Shown: one piece after another, positions 1 through 9,151 of the stretch
Position numbering within the stretch: position 1 is the first letter of the stretch
Layout: each line of letters starts with the position of its first letter
Source of the DNA: Vulcanimicrobiota bacterium
GTDB lineage: Bacteria; Vulcanimicrobiota; Vulcanimicrobiia; Eremiobacterales; Eremiobacteraceae
Assembly: GCA_963812135.1 (NCBI GenBank)
Contig: CAWETU010000001.1
Location: 832,001 to 896,000 of the forward strand
Direction: 5' to 3'
Length of the DNA stretch: 64,000 nucleotides
Translations under genes and position numbers: made by a program
The notes under the pieces: model-generated
The model's database searches: none
Told to the model about the DNA's origin: nothing
The model's input: only the letters and a program-made list of their open reading frames with translations

Positions 1-209
1 TGAAGCTTGCGGCGGCGCACGCGATCGCGTCGGTGATCGCGCCCGATGAACTTTCATCTGAATACATCATCCCAAGCGTGTTCGACACACGCGTCGTCGA
101 AGCGGTGAGCAAAGCGGTGGTCAACGCCGCCTTCGACTCGGGCGTCGCGCGCAAGGCGCCGTCGGGCGAGGAGATCGAGGCGGAACAGCGCCCGCATGCG
201 CATCTCTAA
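1..209 (+). CDS. NAD(P)-dependent malic enzyme, C-terminal fragment (window edge)
   Basis: Frame from nt 3 reads KLAAAHAIASVIAPDELSSEYIIPSVFDTRVVEAVSKAV, a typical malic enzyme C-terminus; TAA at 207-209. Confidence 0.85.
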   Translation, partial: KLAAAHAIASVIAPDELSSEYIIPSVFDTRVVEAVSKAVVNAAFDSGVARKAPSGEEIEAEQRPHAHL

Positions 210-239
210 GAGGAAGAGCGCCGCCGGGGAGTAACCGAT

Positions 240-1262
240 ATGGCTATGAAAAGCGAGCCTCGCATCCGCGCGGCGTTGCCCGATGGGCTGACGCCGGACA
301 AATTGCGCGAGATGTACTCGAAGATGGTGCTGACGCGGCTGTGCGACGATCGCGCGTTCGCGCTCAACCGCCAAGGCAAGATCCCGTTCGCCGCGACGTG
401 CCAGGGCCACGAGGCGGTCCAGGTCGGCGCTGCGTATGCGCTGCGCCGCGGCACCGACTGGCTCGTTCCGTATTACCGTGACACGTGTCTGGCGCTCGCG
501 TCGGGCGTCACCGCCAAAGAGCAACTCATGTGCCTGTTCGCCCGCAAAGCCGACATCTTCTCGAGCGGCCGCCAATTCCCGAACCACTACAGCGTGCCGG
601 ATCGCAACATCGCGAGCATCTCGAGCATCATCGCCGCGCACGTGACGCACGGCGTCGGCATGGCGTTGGCGTTCCAGATGCGCAAAGAACCGGCGGTCGT
701 GCTCATCACGTTCGGCGAAGGGTCGACGAGCGAAGGCGAGTGGCATGAGGCGCTCAACTTCGCGAGCGTGCATAAGGTGCCGTGCGTGTTCCTGTGCGAG
801 AACAACGAATACGCGATTTCGGTGCCGCAGAAGATGCAGATGGCGATCCAAAACGTGGCGGACCGCGCCGCCGGCTACGGCATGCCGGGCGTGATCTGCG
901 ACGGCACCGATCCGGTCGTCACGTATTCGTGCGTCCACGAGGCCATCGAACGCGCGCGGCGCGGCGACGGGCCGACGTTGGTCGAGGCCAAGTGCTATCG
1001 CGCCATGTCGCACACCTCCGACGACAACCAGCTCACATATCGCACGCCGGAAGAGATCGAAGCCGTCAAGGCGCGCGATCCAATCCCCAAGTTCGAGTCC
1101 TGGCTGAAGGATCGCGGGCTGGCTGACGACGCTTTCTTCGAACAGACGCGCGCAGCGGCGCAGAAAGAAGTCGACGAAGCCACGGATTGGGCCGAAGCGC
1201 AGCCGCCGCCCACTGAGGCCGATCTGTACACGCACGTCTACGCGTCGGGGCCGTTGTCCTGA
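240..1262 (+). CDS. 2-oxoacid (probably branched-chain) dehydrogenase E1 alpha subunit
   Basis: TPP-binding motif GEGSTSEGEWHEALN..ENN; GHEA; HTSDD loop. Confidence 0.92.
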   Translation: MAMKSEPRIRAALPDGLTPDKLREMYSKMVLTRLCDDRAFALNRQGKIPFAATCQGHEAVQVGAAYALRRGTDWLVPYYRDTCLALASGVTAKEQLMCLFARKADIFSSGRQFPNHYSVPDRNIASISSIIAAHVTHGVGMALAFQMRKEPAVVLITFGEGSTSEGEWHEALNFASVHKVPCVFLCENNEYAISVPQKMQMAIQNVADRAAGYGMPGVICDGTDPVVTYSCVHEAIERARRGDGPTLVEAKCYRAMSHTSDDNQLTYRTPEEIEAVKARDPIPKFESWLKDRGLADDAFFEQTRAAAQKEVDEATDWAEAQPPPTEADLYTHVYASGPLS

Positions 1263-2245
1263 TGCCGACCAAGACCGTGCTCGAAGGCGTCCGCGACGCC
1301 ATGTACAACGAGATGGTGCGCGACGAGCGCGTCTTCATCATGGGCGAAGACGTGGGCTCGCGAGGCAACGTCTTTCTCATCACGCAAGGCTTTCTCGACA
1401 AGTTCGGCCGCCAGCGCGTCATCGACACGCCGCTTGCCGAGGCGTCGATCGTCGGCGTCGCGATCGGCGCCGCGATGGCCGGCATGCGGCCCATCGCGGA
1501 GATCCAGTTCGCCGATTTTATCTATCCCGCGTACAACCAGATCGTCGGCGAAGCGGCGAAGATCCGCTATCGCAGCGCGGGCGGCAACACGTGTCCGCTC
1601 GTCATCCGCACGCCATACGGCGGCGGCGTGCGCGGCGCGCTCTCGCATTCGGTCAGCGTCGAGGCGCTGTTCTACCACGTGCCAGGTTTGAAGATCGTCG
1701 TGCCGTCGACGCCCGCGGACGCGCAGGGACTGCTTACCAGCGCCATCCGCGACGAAGATCCCGTGATGGTGTTAGAGCACAAGCGCACGTATCGCTTGAT
1801 CAAAGGCGAGGTTCCCGAAGGCGAATTCACGGTGCCCATCGGCAAAGCTGCGGTTGCCCGCGAAGGCAAGGACCTCTCGGTCATCACCTACGGGCTGATG
1901 CGGCACTTCGCGCTGGAGGCGGCCGAGAAGCTCGCCGCCGAGGGCATCGACGCGGAAATTGTGGACTTGCGTTCGATTCGGCCGATGGATAGAGAGACGA
2001 TTCTGGCGAGCGTCACCAAGACGCGGCGCGCGATGATCGTCCACGAAGACAACAAATTCGGCGGGGTGGGCGCGGAGATCGCCGCGATCATCGCCGAGGA
2101 AGCGCTCTTCGAGCTCGATGCGCCGGTCCGGCGCGTCGCAGGCCCGGACGTTCCGGCGATGGGCTACGCGAAAGAGTACGAGGAGGCGTTCATGCCCAGC
2201 CCGGATCGCATCGCGAAAGAGATGCGCGAGCTCGCCGCCTACTAG
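1262..2245 (+). CDS. 2-oxoacid dehydrogenase E1 beta subunit
   Basis: GEDV, DTPLAE, EIQFADF, HS motifs; TGATG overlap with the alpha gene. Confidence 0.93.
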   Translation: MPTKTVLEGVRDAMYNEMVRDERVFIMGEDVGSRGNVFLITQGFLDKFGRQRVIDTPLAEASIVGVAIGAAMAGMRPIAEIQFADFIYPAYNQIVGEAAKIRYRSAGGNTCPLVIRTPYGGGVRGALSHSVSVEALFYHVPGLKIVVPSTPADAQGLLTSAIRDEDPVMVLEHKRTYRLIKGEVPEGEFTVPIGKAAVAREGKDLSVITYGLMRHFALEAAEKLAAEGIDAEIVDLRSIRPMDRETILASVTKTRRAMIVHEDNKFGGVGAEIAAIIAEEALFELDAPVRRVAGPDVPAMGYAKEYEEAFMPSPDRIAKEMRELAAY

Positions 2246-2273
2246 ATGACCGGGGACCGCGAGGGATAGCGTC

Positions 2274-3761
2274 GTGCCACAAGTGTTCATGCCGCAGCTC
2301 GGCGAGACGGTGACAGAAGGCACCGTCGGCCGTTGGCTCAAGAAACCTGGCGAACCGGTCGCCAAGTACGAGCCGCTGCTCGAAGTCGAGACGGACAAGG
2401 TCGCCTCGGAGATCCCGTCGCCGTTCGCCGGCACGTTGTCCGCGATTCTTGCCGAAGAAGGCACCACGGTGCCGGTCGGCGCGCCTGTGTGCGAGATCCT
2501 CGCCGCCGGCGAAGCGCCGAGCGCGACATCAGTTACCGCATCGGCGCCGCCAGAGCTCGAACCGTCGCCATCACCAGCGCAGGCACCGGTACCGCCGGCG
2601 GTTGCGAACGCGGCTGAAGAAAACATCGAGTCCGTCGCGCCCTCCGCCGCCGCCCCAGCCGATACAGCGGCCGCCGGCAACGGCGCGCGCCACTCGCCTG
2701 CGGTGCGCCGGCTCGCGCGGATGCATCACATCGATCTCTCCGGCGTCGCCGGCTCCGGGCGCGGCGGGCGCTTGACCGCGCGCGACGTGATCGCGCACGT
2801 CGAATCTGGAGCGGCGAAGACCGCGGCAAGCGTTGCGCCGCCAGCCGCGGCGAAACCACAACCGGCGCCGCAACCATCGGCGCCGCCGCAACCGCCGGCC
2901 CTAACGCCATCGCCGGTGACCGCTGTCGCAAAAACAGCACCGCCGTCGCTGGTCCCACCGCAAACCGCCGGAGCATCGCACGCGCCGGCGGCACCCGCCG
3001 CAACACCCGCTGCAGCCGGCACGCCGATCAAAGTGGCCGCCGCGTCGGTGCAGCCGTTGCCGATCGCGCCTCCAGGTCCGGACGATGTCGTCATCCGTCT
3101 GTCGCAGATGCGCAAGACGATCGCCGATCGGATGGTGTTGTCGAAGACGACGATTCCGCATGCATGGTCGATGGTCGAAGCCGACGTCACGAACCTCGTC
3201 AAATGGCGCACGAAAGAGAAGGACGCGTTCAAGGCCCGCGAGGGCGTGTCGCTGACATATCTGCCGATCGTCATCCAGGCCGTGTGTGCCGCGATCCGCG
3301 AGTACCCGATGGTCAACGCCACCTGGGCCGGCGACTCGATCATCCAACGGCGCCATATCAACGTCGGCGTCGCGGTGGACATCGAGGACGGGCTCATCGT
3401 GCCCGTCGTCAAAGACGCCGACCGCTACAGCATGGCCGGGCTTGCGACGACCATCAACGAGCTCGTCTCACGGGCCCGGTCACGCAAGCTGACGATGGAC
3501 GACCTTTCAGACGGCACCATCACCGTCGACAATACCGGAAGCCTGGGCAGCATCGCGTCGGTGCCGATCATCAATCCGCCGCAGGCCGCTATCATCACGA
3601 CTGAAGCCATTGTGCGGCGTCCGTGGGTGGTCGAGGACGCGATCGCCATCCGCCATATCATGAACCTTTGCTTGTGCCTAGACCACCGGGTGCTCGACGG
3701 TGCAGTGGCGTCCCATTTCCTGCAAGCGGTCAAAAAACGGCTCGAAACCTTCTCGGCCTGA
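2274..3761 (+). CDS. Dihydrolipoamide acyltransferase E2
   Basis: Lipoyl domain ETDKV, E3-binding SPAVRRLA..GSGRGGR, catalytic DHRVLDG, Pro/Ala linkers. Confidence 0.93.
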   Translation: MPQVFMPQLGETVTEGTVGRWLKKPGEPVAKYEPLLEVETDKVASEIPSPFAGTLSAILAEEGTTVPVGAPVCEILAAGEAPSATSVTASAPPELEPSPSPAQAPVPPAVANAAEENIESVAPSAAAPADTAAAGNGARHSPAVRRLARMHHIDLSGVAGSGRGGRLTARDVIAHVESGAAKTAASVAPPAAAKPQPAPQPSAPPQPPALTPSPVTAVAKTAPPSLVPPQTAGASHAPAAPAATPAAAGTPIKVAAASVQPLPIAPPGPDDVVIRLSQMRKTIADRMVLSKTTIPHAWSMVEADVTNLVKWRTKEKDAFKAREGVSLTYLPIVIQAVCAAIREYPMVNATWAGDSIIQRRHINVGVAVDIEDGLIVPVVKDADRYSMAGLATTINELVSRARSRKLTMDDLSDGTITVDNTGSLGSIASVPIINPPQAAIITTEAIVRRPWVVEDAIAIRHIMNLCLCLDHRVLDGAVASHFLQAVKKRLETFSA

Positions 3762-3886
3762 CCCGATTTTGGGGGCAGGTTCCACGGGGCAGGGACGCTC
3801 GGGCCCTGGGCGAAACAGGCGCGGGGTAGTCAATCGCAAAGTTGCCCTTTGCGACCATCTCTCGCATCCTTGAGGAAAGGACCTCT

Positions 3887-4801
3887 ATGCGGATGAGCTT
3901 CTCACGTTTCGCCGCTATTGGTGCTTCGCTTGTGGCCGGGGTAACTTTGGCGTCCTGTGCCGGCAGCAGTGCTCCGATACCGGGAACGGGTCCGAATCAG
4001 TCTGTCATCAACTTCCCGGGCGGCTCAGGCCGTGTCGAGTTCGTCATGGGATCGCCGCAATTGAATCTTGGAGTGACGAACGCTGATCTGTACATCGACA
4101 ATCAGCTCGCGTTCCCCAATTTCTTCTATCCGTATAGCGCTCCGTCACCCGCCACGAGCGGTCCCACTGTCATCGGCCCTGTGACGCCGTTCATCGAGCT
4201 GCCGTTCGGCGTGCATGACTTCAAACTCGTGCAGCATGGAACGTTGGCTCCGACGTTCCTCGATCAGACGATCACCATCAAAGCGAACACGAAGTATATG
4301 CTCGTCGCTGAAGGCGACGCCGGGTTCCACACCACGACGTGGGGCGTGTTCATCCTGCCGACGTACAGCACCGCGAATGGGTCGATCGCGATCAGCTATC
4401 TCAACGCGTCGCCCAAGGCCGGTACGACGGATTTCTGGTACAACTGCCCAGTCCCCGGACCGGCGTGCAGAACAAAAATCAACAGTGCCGGGGTAACGGT
4501 CGGGTCGAATGCAGCGGCGACATCGTCGTGGAAGACCAACGTCATTCTCTTCCCGTCGACCAACAACGCGTACTGCTTCGCGGCGTACGTCGTAAGCACG
4601 GTGACCCTCGTGCCGGGCGCGGTCAACCAGCCGGATCCAACCGGGAGTGATCCCCAAAACGCCCAGTGCCCCTCCCCTGGAGTCAACGCGGCGCCTGGAA
4701 TCAACGCTGACTTTGTGCTGATCGATGGGGCTAGCGTACCACCCCTCGTGCCGCCGGGCGGCCCGTCGTCGTTCCTGATCATACCGGACGCGAACGGCTA
4801 G
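3887..4801 (+). CDS. Lipoprotein, DUF4397-like
   Basis: RBS GAGGAAAGGA before ATG 3887; lipobox LASC; repeats with GSP/NASP motif. Confidence 0.6.
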   Translation: MRMSFSRFAAIGASLVAGVTLASCAGSSAPIPGTGPNQSVINFPGGSGRVEFVMGSPQLNLGVTNADLYIDNQLAFPNFFYPYSAPSPATSGPTVIGPVTPFIELPFGVHDFKLVQHGTLAPTFLDQTITIKANTKYMLVAEGDAGFHTTTWGVFILPTYSTANGSIAISYLNASPKAGTTDFWYNCPVPGPACRTKINSAGVTVGSNAAATSSWKTNVILFPSTNNAYCFAAYVVSTVTLVPGAVNQPDPTGSDPQNAQCPSPGVNAAPGINADFVLIDGASVPPLVPPGGPSSFLIIPDANG

Positions 4802-4824
4802 GCTCGCTCGATACCGACCGCGAC

Positions 4825-4856
4825 GAACGGCGCCCGAAAGGGCGCCGTTCTCTTTT
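4825..4856 (+). terminator. Intrinsic terminator
   Basis: GAACGGCGCCC-GAAA-GGGCGCCGTTC followed by TCTTTT, between convergent genes. Confidence 0.85.
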
Positions 4857-6138
4857 ACGTCAGCGCGCGGATGTCGGGCCGGCGCGCTGTGATGGCGACC
4901 GCCACGATCAACGCCACGCCGCCAAGCGCGAATGCGACCGGCAGCGAGGTGACGCTGGCGATGGATCCCAGCAGCCATGAGCCGAGCGGCATGAAGCCCA
5001 AGAATATCATCGTGTAGATCGACATGACGCGCCCGCGCATCGCGATCGGCGTGTGGGTCTGCAAGATCGTATTGGCCGTGCCGAGATAGAGCATTGCTGC
5101 GACGCCCAACGCGAGCAACACCGTCGCGGCGGACCACAACGTGTGCATGGCGCCGAGCAGCGCCAGCAAAGCGCCGGAGGCCGCGGCGCTGGCGATGAGC
5201 AGCCTGCCGCGTGGGGCGCGGCCGCCGATGAATGCGGTGGCGATCGAGCCCACGAGCGCGCCCGCGCCTGAGACCGCCAACAAGATGCCGAGCTCGCGCG
5301 CCCCTGCGCCCAGCTGGGCCTTTGAGAACGCGGGCAAGAGCTGGATGTAGGGGCGGCCGATGAGCGCTTGCAGCGCCGAGAGCACCACGACTGCGAAGAT
5401 CAGCGCGTTGGCGCGGACGTAGCGGAAGCCTTCGATCACGTCGCTCCAGATGTCCGTCTCGGGCAACGCGTTGAACGGGGGTTTGGGCTTCATGAGAAGC
5501 ACGGCGGCGTAGACCGCCATGTACGACGCCGCATTTATATAGAAGCAATCCGCAACGCCATACGCGTTGACGATGAGACCGCCGAGCGCCGGACCGATGA
5601 TCGCCGGCCCGTTGAAAGCGGCAGAATTGAGACCGATCGCGTTCATGAGCTCGCGCTTGCCGACGAGCACCGAGACCAGCGATTGGCGGGTCGGCGCCTC
5701 GAACGCGCTCGCCGCAGCTGACAGCGCGGCGATGAGCAGCACCTGCCACACCCGCACGACGCCGGTCTGCGCCAGAATGCCCAGCAGCAGGGTCAGGAGG
5801 CCGAGCAGCAGCTCGCAGACGGCGAGGATGCGCCGGCGGTCTCGCCGGTCCGCGAGTGCGCCGGCGACGCCGGACAACGCGAAGACCGGGATCGCGCGGG
5901 CGAAGCCGACCAGCCCGAGATACAACGATGCCAATGATGCGTTGGGGGCGAGTTGGACCACGAGCCAGCCCTGGGCCAGGATGGCCATCCAGCCGCCCGT
6001 GTTGGAGACGAGCAGGCCGAACCACAGGAGCCGGAACTCGCGGTAAGCGAGGGCGCCAAAGCGCGTGCGCGCGTGGGGGCTGGGCTGATCGTCGAGCGCT
6101 TCTTGCGACGCGGAGGCTTCTTCGAATGAGGAGGGCAC
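4855..6138 (-). CDS. MFS transporter (H+ antiporter/EntS-like)
   Basis: About 12 hydrophobic segments; GALADRRDRRR motif A; RGRVMS. Confidence 0.9.
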   Translation of the reverse strand: MPSSFEEASASQEALDDQPSPHARTRFGALAYREFRLLWFGLLVSNTGGWMAILAQGWLVVQLAPNASLASLYLGLVGFARAIPVFALSGVAGALADRRDRRRILAVCELLLGLLTLLLGILAQTGVVRVWQVLLIAALSAAASAFEAPTRQSLVSVLVGKRELMNAIGLNSAAFNGPAIIGPALGGLIVNAYGVADCFYINAASYMAVYAAVLLMKPKPPFNALPETDIWSDVIEGFRYVRANALIFAVVVLSALQALIGRPYIQLLPAFSKAQLGAGARELGILLAVSGAGALVGSIATAFIGGRAPRGRLLIASAAASGALLALLGAMHTLWSAATVLLALGVAAMLYLGTANTILQTHTPIAMRGRVMSIYTMIFLGFMPLGSWLLGSIASVTSLPVAFALGGVALIVAVAITARRPDIRALT

Positions 6139-6188
6139 GTCATCGGCATTTCGCGCGACGGCACGTCAAGTCCGGTCAACAAATTCGA

Positions 6189-6212
6189 CGGTCGAGTAAA
6201 CTCGACCGCCAC
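6189..6212 (-). repeat. REP family 1 copy (GTGG variant)
   Basis: CGGTCGAGT-AA-ACTCGACCG plus CCAC; stem carries a compensatory change relative to other copies. Confidence 0.75.
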
Positions 6213-6467
6213 AAAACAGTAACGACCGGGCGTGAGCCCGGTCGTAACTGGTCTGGTCGATGGCGCTGAAGCCTCATTTTCGGACTGGTCAACGGCCGTT
6301 GCCGGTCCGCTTACTTTGGCTTTACTGGGACGCGATCCCCAGGTCCATCACTAGGCGTGAGCCTAGTCCCCAACGGCAGGGGTACCATTCCCGAGGAGCT
6401 CAGCTCTGTGCGATTGCACTCGCACCATCCGTTGTTGCTTCGCTTCCCCGGCACCGCGGTCGGTGTA
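6213..6467 (-). ncRNA. Candidate structured ncRNA or cis-regulatory leader of unknown family
   Basis: Upstream promoter, multiple hairpins, 5'/3' closing stem, terminal hairpin ACGACCGGGC-TCAC-GCCCGGTCGT followed by TACTGTTTT; no credible ORF. Confidence 0.65.
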
Positions 6468-6472
6468 GTGGC

Positions 6473-6501
6473 AGTATACAATCCAATGTTAATGGATACA
6501 A
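6473..6501 (-). promoter_or_regulatory. sigma70-type promoter
   Basis: Minus strand TTGTAT-17 nt-TATACT. Confidence 0.7.
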
Positions 6502-6531
6502 GCCGAACGACTGTTCCTTTTGCAATTAAAT

Positions 6532-6593
6532 TGTGGATAAGCGACCATTTGCGGAACTTTGTTGTGGACGAGTTGTGGATAAGCTGTTTGAAA
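6532..6593. promoter_or_regulatory. DnaA-box cluster
   Basis: Perfect TGTGGATAA at 6532-6540 and 6574-6582; degenerate TGTGGACGA at 6563, weaker matches at 6550 and 6585. Confidence 0.65.
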
Positions 6594-6620
6594 GAGCGCG
6601 CGCTGGGCTGAAGCGAATGA

Positions 6621-7976
6621 TTACGCGAGCGATTCGCCGATTTTTTCAACGCCAAACGCCAATTGTTCGGTCGCGATGACGAGCGGCGGCGACAGCGAGA
6701 GCACGTTGTTGCCGGGCCCGCCGGCGAGCACCACGACGCCGCGACGCAGCGCCTCAGTGACCGTCTTCGACGCTCGCGCCTGATCCGGCGCGCCGTCGTC
6801 TCCCACAAGCTCGATCCCCCACATGAGTCCACAGCCGCGAACGTCGCCGATACAAGGACCCACCTTCTCCGCCAGGGCCTTCAACATTTCTCCTAACGCC
6901 GCACCGGTGGTGGCCGAGCGCGCAACGAGGCCGAGCCGCTCGATCTCGCTGATCGAGGCGAGCGCCGCCGCGCACGCCGTCGGATGACCGAGGAACGTGC
7001 TCGTGTGCACCGACTCGCCTTGCGATACCGGCCATGCGTCCATGACTTCCGCGCGTCCGATGCACGCCGAAATGGGGAAGCCCGAGGCCATGCCTTTGCC
7101 GACGCACAGCAGATCGGGCACGACGCCGGCGTGCTCGCACGCGAACCAGCGACCGGTGCGGCCGAATCCGGTGTACACCTCGTCGACGATGAGCAGCAGC
7201 TTACGGCGATCGCACAGCTCGCGCAGCTCGAGCAGCCAATCGAAGGGCGCGTCGACGTCGCCGCCGCGGCCTTGGATCGCCTCGACGATGACGGCGCCGA
7301 TGGTATCAGCGTCTTCTGAGTCCATCGCCTCCTCGACGAAGCTCAGGCATGCGTTCTCGCACGCCGGATGCGTAAGACTTAAGGGGCAGCGATAGCAGTA
7401 TGCATACGGCACGCGCGTCGCGAAATGCCCGAGTTGCTTGTCGAACGGCGCGCGGAAGAAATCGCGATCGGTGACCTCGAGCGCTCCGTAGGTCAGCCCG
7501 TGGTAGGCGCCGGTAAAGCACAGCACGCCCGGCTTGCCCGACGCGACCGCCGCGGTCTTGAGCGCCGACTCCACCGCTTCGGCGCCGGTCGAAGAGAAGA
7601 TGACGCGCTTGGCGCCCTCTCCCGGGGCCAACGCGCACAGTTTTTCTGCGAGCGCGACTTTGACTTCATTCGGATGCACGTCGCCGATGCCGTGCAACAG
7701 CAGCTCGGCTTGCTCCGCGACGGCTTTGACGACCGCCGGATTGCTATGGCCGGTCGCGGCGACGCCGAACGCGGCGGTGAGATCGACGTAGACGTTGCCG
7801 TCGACGTCCACCAGATTCGCACCGCTGCCGCGCTCGAAGAAGACGGGAAAGCGATCGCTCGCAAAAGTGATGTTCGGGCTCTCGACGTCGCGCAGCCGGC
7901 GCATCAACTCGCGGCTGCGAGGTCCGGGCGGATCGACGACGATGCGGCCGAGCTCGTTGCCGAGCGATGTGCTCAT
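6621..7976 (-). CDS. Class III PLP aminotransferase (GabT-like)
   Basis: DVDGNVYVD, GAEAVE, YHG, DEVYTGFGRTG, PDLLCVGKG; ATG 7976 overlaps the upstream stop. Confidence 0.9.
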   Translation of the reverse strand: MSTSLGNELGRIVVDPPGPRSRELMRRLRDVESPNITFASDRFPVFFERGSGANLVDVDGNVYVDLTAAFGVAATGHSNPAVVKAVAEQAELLLHGIGDVHPNEVKVALAEKLCALAPGEGAKRVIFSSTGAEAVESALKTAAVASGKPGVLCFTGAYHGLTYGALEVTDRDFFRAPFDKQLGHFATRVPYAYCYRCPLSLTHPACENACLSFVEEAMDSEDADTIGAVIVEAIQGRGGDVDAPFDWLLELRELCDRRKLLLIVDEVYTGFGRTGRWFACEHAGVVPDLLCVGKGMASGFPISACIGRAEVMDAWPVSQGESVHTSTFLGHPTACAAALASISEIERLGLVARSATTGAALGEMLKALAEKVGPCIGDVRGCGLMWGIELVGDDGAPDQARASKTVTEALRRGVVVLAGGPGNNVLSLSPPLVIATEQLAFGVEKIGESLA

Positions 7977-9151
7977 GCGGCTTGGAAATCGCGCGGCGTG
8001 GGGCGATAGCCGAACGGCGGGCGCTGCATTTCGCCGAGCTCGCAGAGCCGGCGCGCGCCGGCCAGCGCGAACGCCGAGCGGTCGCGTTCGGGGGTGTTCA
8101 GCGCGAATCCGATCGTCTCGACCGGCCGCCCGAAATGCTTGAGCTGCGTCACGACATCCCGCGCGCTGGGCGCGTGCTTGACGATCACGATGCGCCCAAA
8201 GCCGGCACACGTCGGCTGCCCGAACGGCTCGAGCGCGACCACGAATTCGGGCACATTCTGGCGCAGCAGGCCCTTCACGAGCGTGTCGAGCCCATGCGGC
8301 AGCGGCGCTACAGCGGTCAGCCCCAAACGACGGACGAAATCGGCGACCTGCGCGCCCTCGTCTGGTGCGAAGGCGGCGCGTGGCAGCTGACCGGCTTTGG
8401 AGCGGATCTCGCCGGCCAGCGCGCGCGTGAACAGGAGCGCTTTTCCATTGTCGCCTGCCACGTAGATGGTCTGGGGCGACATGCAGCCACGCTGATCGAA
8501 CAAGCACACATCCGAGGCAGCTGCGGCGGCAGCCTTACCGACCTCCGCATCGGCGTGGAGGTAGCCGATGCTGTATGACTCGCCATACCCCGTCACGCGG
8601 ACGTGCGATGCGCGATCACGGACCTGCTCGATCGTCGCGTCCTCGCCGAAGACGATCAGATTGTCGATGCTTGAAAGCGCGGCCGACTCCGCGTCCAGAT
8701 CTCCGCCGCGCCAATAGCGCGCCTCGACCAGGCCGCGCAGCGGAGCGCCCGATTCGTCGAATTGGCGGCTGACGATCTGCGCGAGGTGCTGCTCCGCGCT
8801 CGCAGCTTTAAGAATGGTCGGGGTCTCGGCTATGGCCGCGCAAAACGCGGCGTGGATCGCCGGCCCGATTATATTGCCGGGGAGAATCACCACCGTCCGA
8901 GCACCCGCTCGGACGGGCACCCGAGCGTTCGCTCGGGTACTACATTCTTCTATGAGCGCCAGAGCGCGAGGCTCGTCCAGATCCCACAGCGCGTTGTCGA
9001 GCGCCGCTTCGACCACCTCGGCGGGCCAGATCCCGCCCGCGAGCGCTTCACGCGCCCGTGCGCGGACCGTCGACGCGCGATCGCGCCACTGCGCCGCTGC
9101 GCTCGCGATCGCATGCGCGCGGGTGACGCCGGCGGCGATCTCGGTTTTCAT
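7973..9151 (-). CDS. LuxC-like acyl-CoA/acyl-protein reductase
   Basis: LPGNI, FG-EDAT, FDQRGCMSPQ catalytic-Cys motif. Confidence 0.8.
   Translation of the reverse strand: MKTEIAAGVTRAHAIASAAAQWRDRASTVRARAREALAGGIWPAEVVEAALDNALWDLDEPRALALIEECSTRANARVPVRAGARTVVILPGNIIGPAIHAAFCAAIAETPTILKAASAEQHLAQIVSRQFDESGAPLRGLVEARYWRGGDLDAESAALSSIDNLIVFGEDATIEQVRDRASHVRVTGYGESYSIGYLHADAEVGKAAAAAASDVCLFDQRGCMSPQTIYVAGDNGKALLFTRALAGEIRSKAGQLPRAAFAPDEGAQVADFVRRLGLTAVAPLPHGLDTLVKGLLRQNVPEFVVALEPFGQPTCAGFGRIVIVKHAPSARDVVTQLKHFGRPVETIGFALNTPERDRSAFALAGARRLCELGEMQRPPFGYRPTPRDFQAA
8893..8949 (-). repeat. REP family 2 doublet inside the LuxC-like CDS
   Basis: Minus strand AAGAATGTAGTACCCGAGCGAACGCTCGGGT plus a second hairpin (plus strand CCGTCCGAGC-ACCC-GCTCGGACGG); near-identical to 35233-35262. 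Confidence 0.75.

Noticed and set aside
3775..3815. GCAGG..GCGAA alternative-sigma promoter-like motif
   Set aside because: Too short and too few consistent copies to support
54..6025. Long antisense or alternate-frame ORFs (54-1235, 4145-6025, also 17053-18378)
   Set aside because: Shadow ORFs typical of high-GC genes
6311..6832. 173-aa ORF across the ncRNA/DnaA-box region
   Set aside because: No protein-like features, overlaps the aminotransferase out of frame and spans promoter elements
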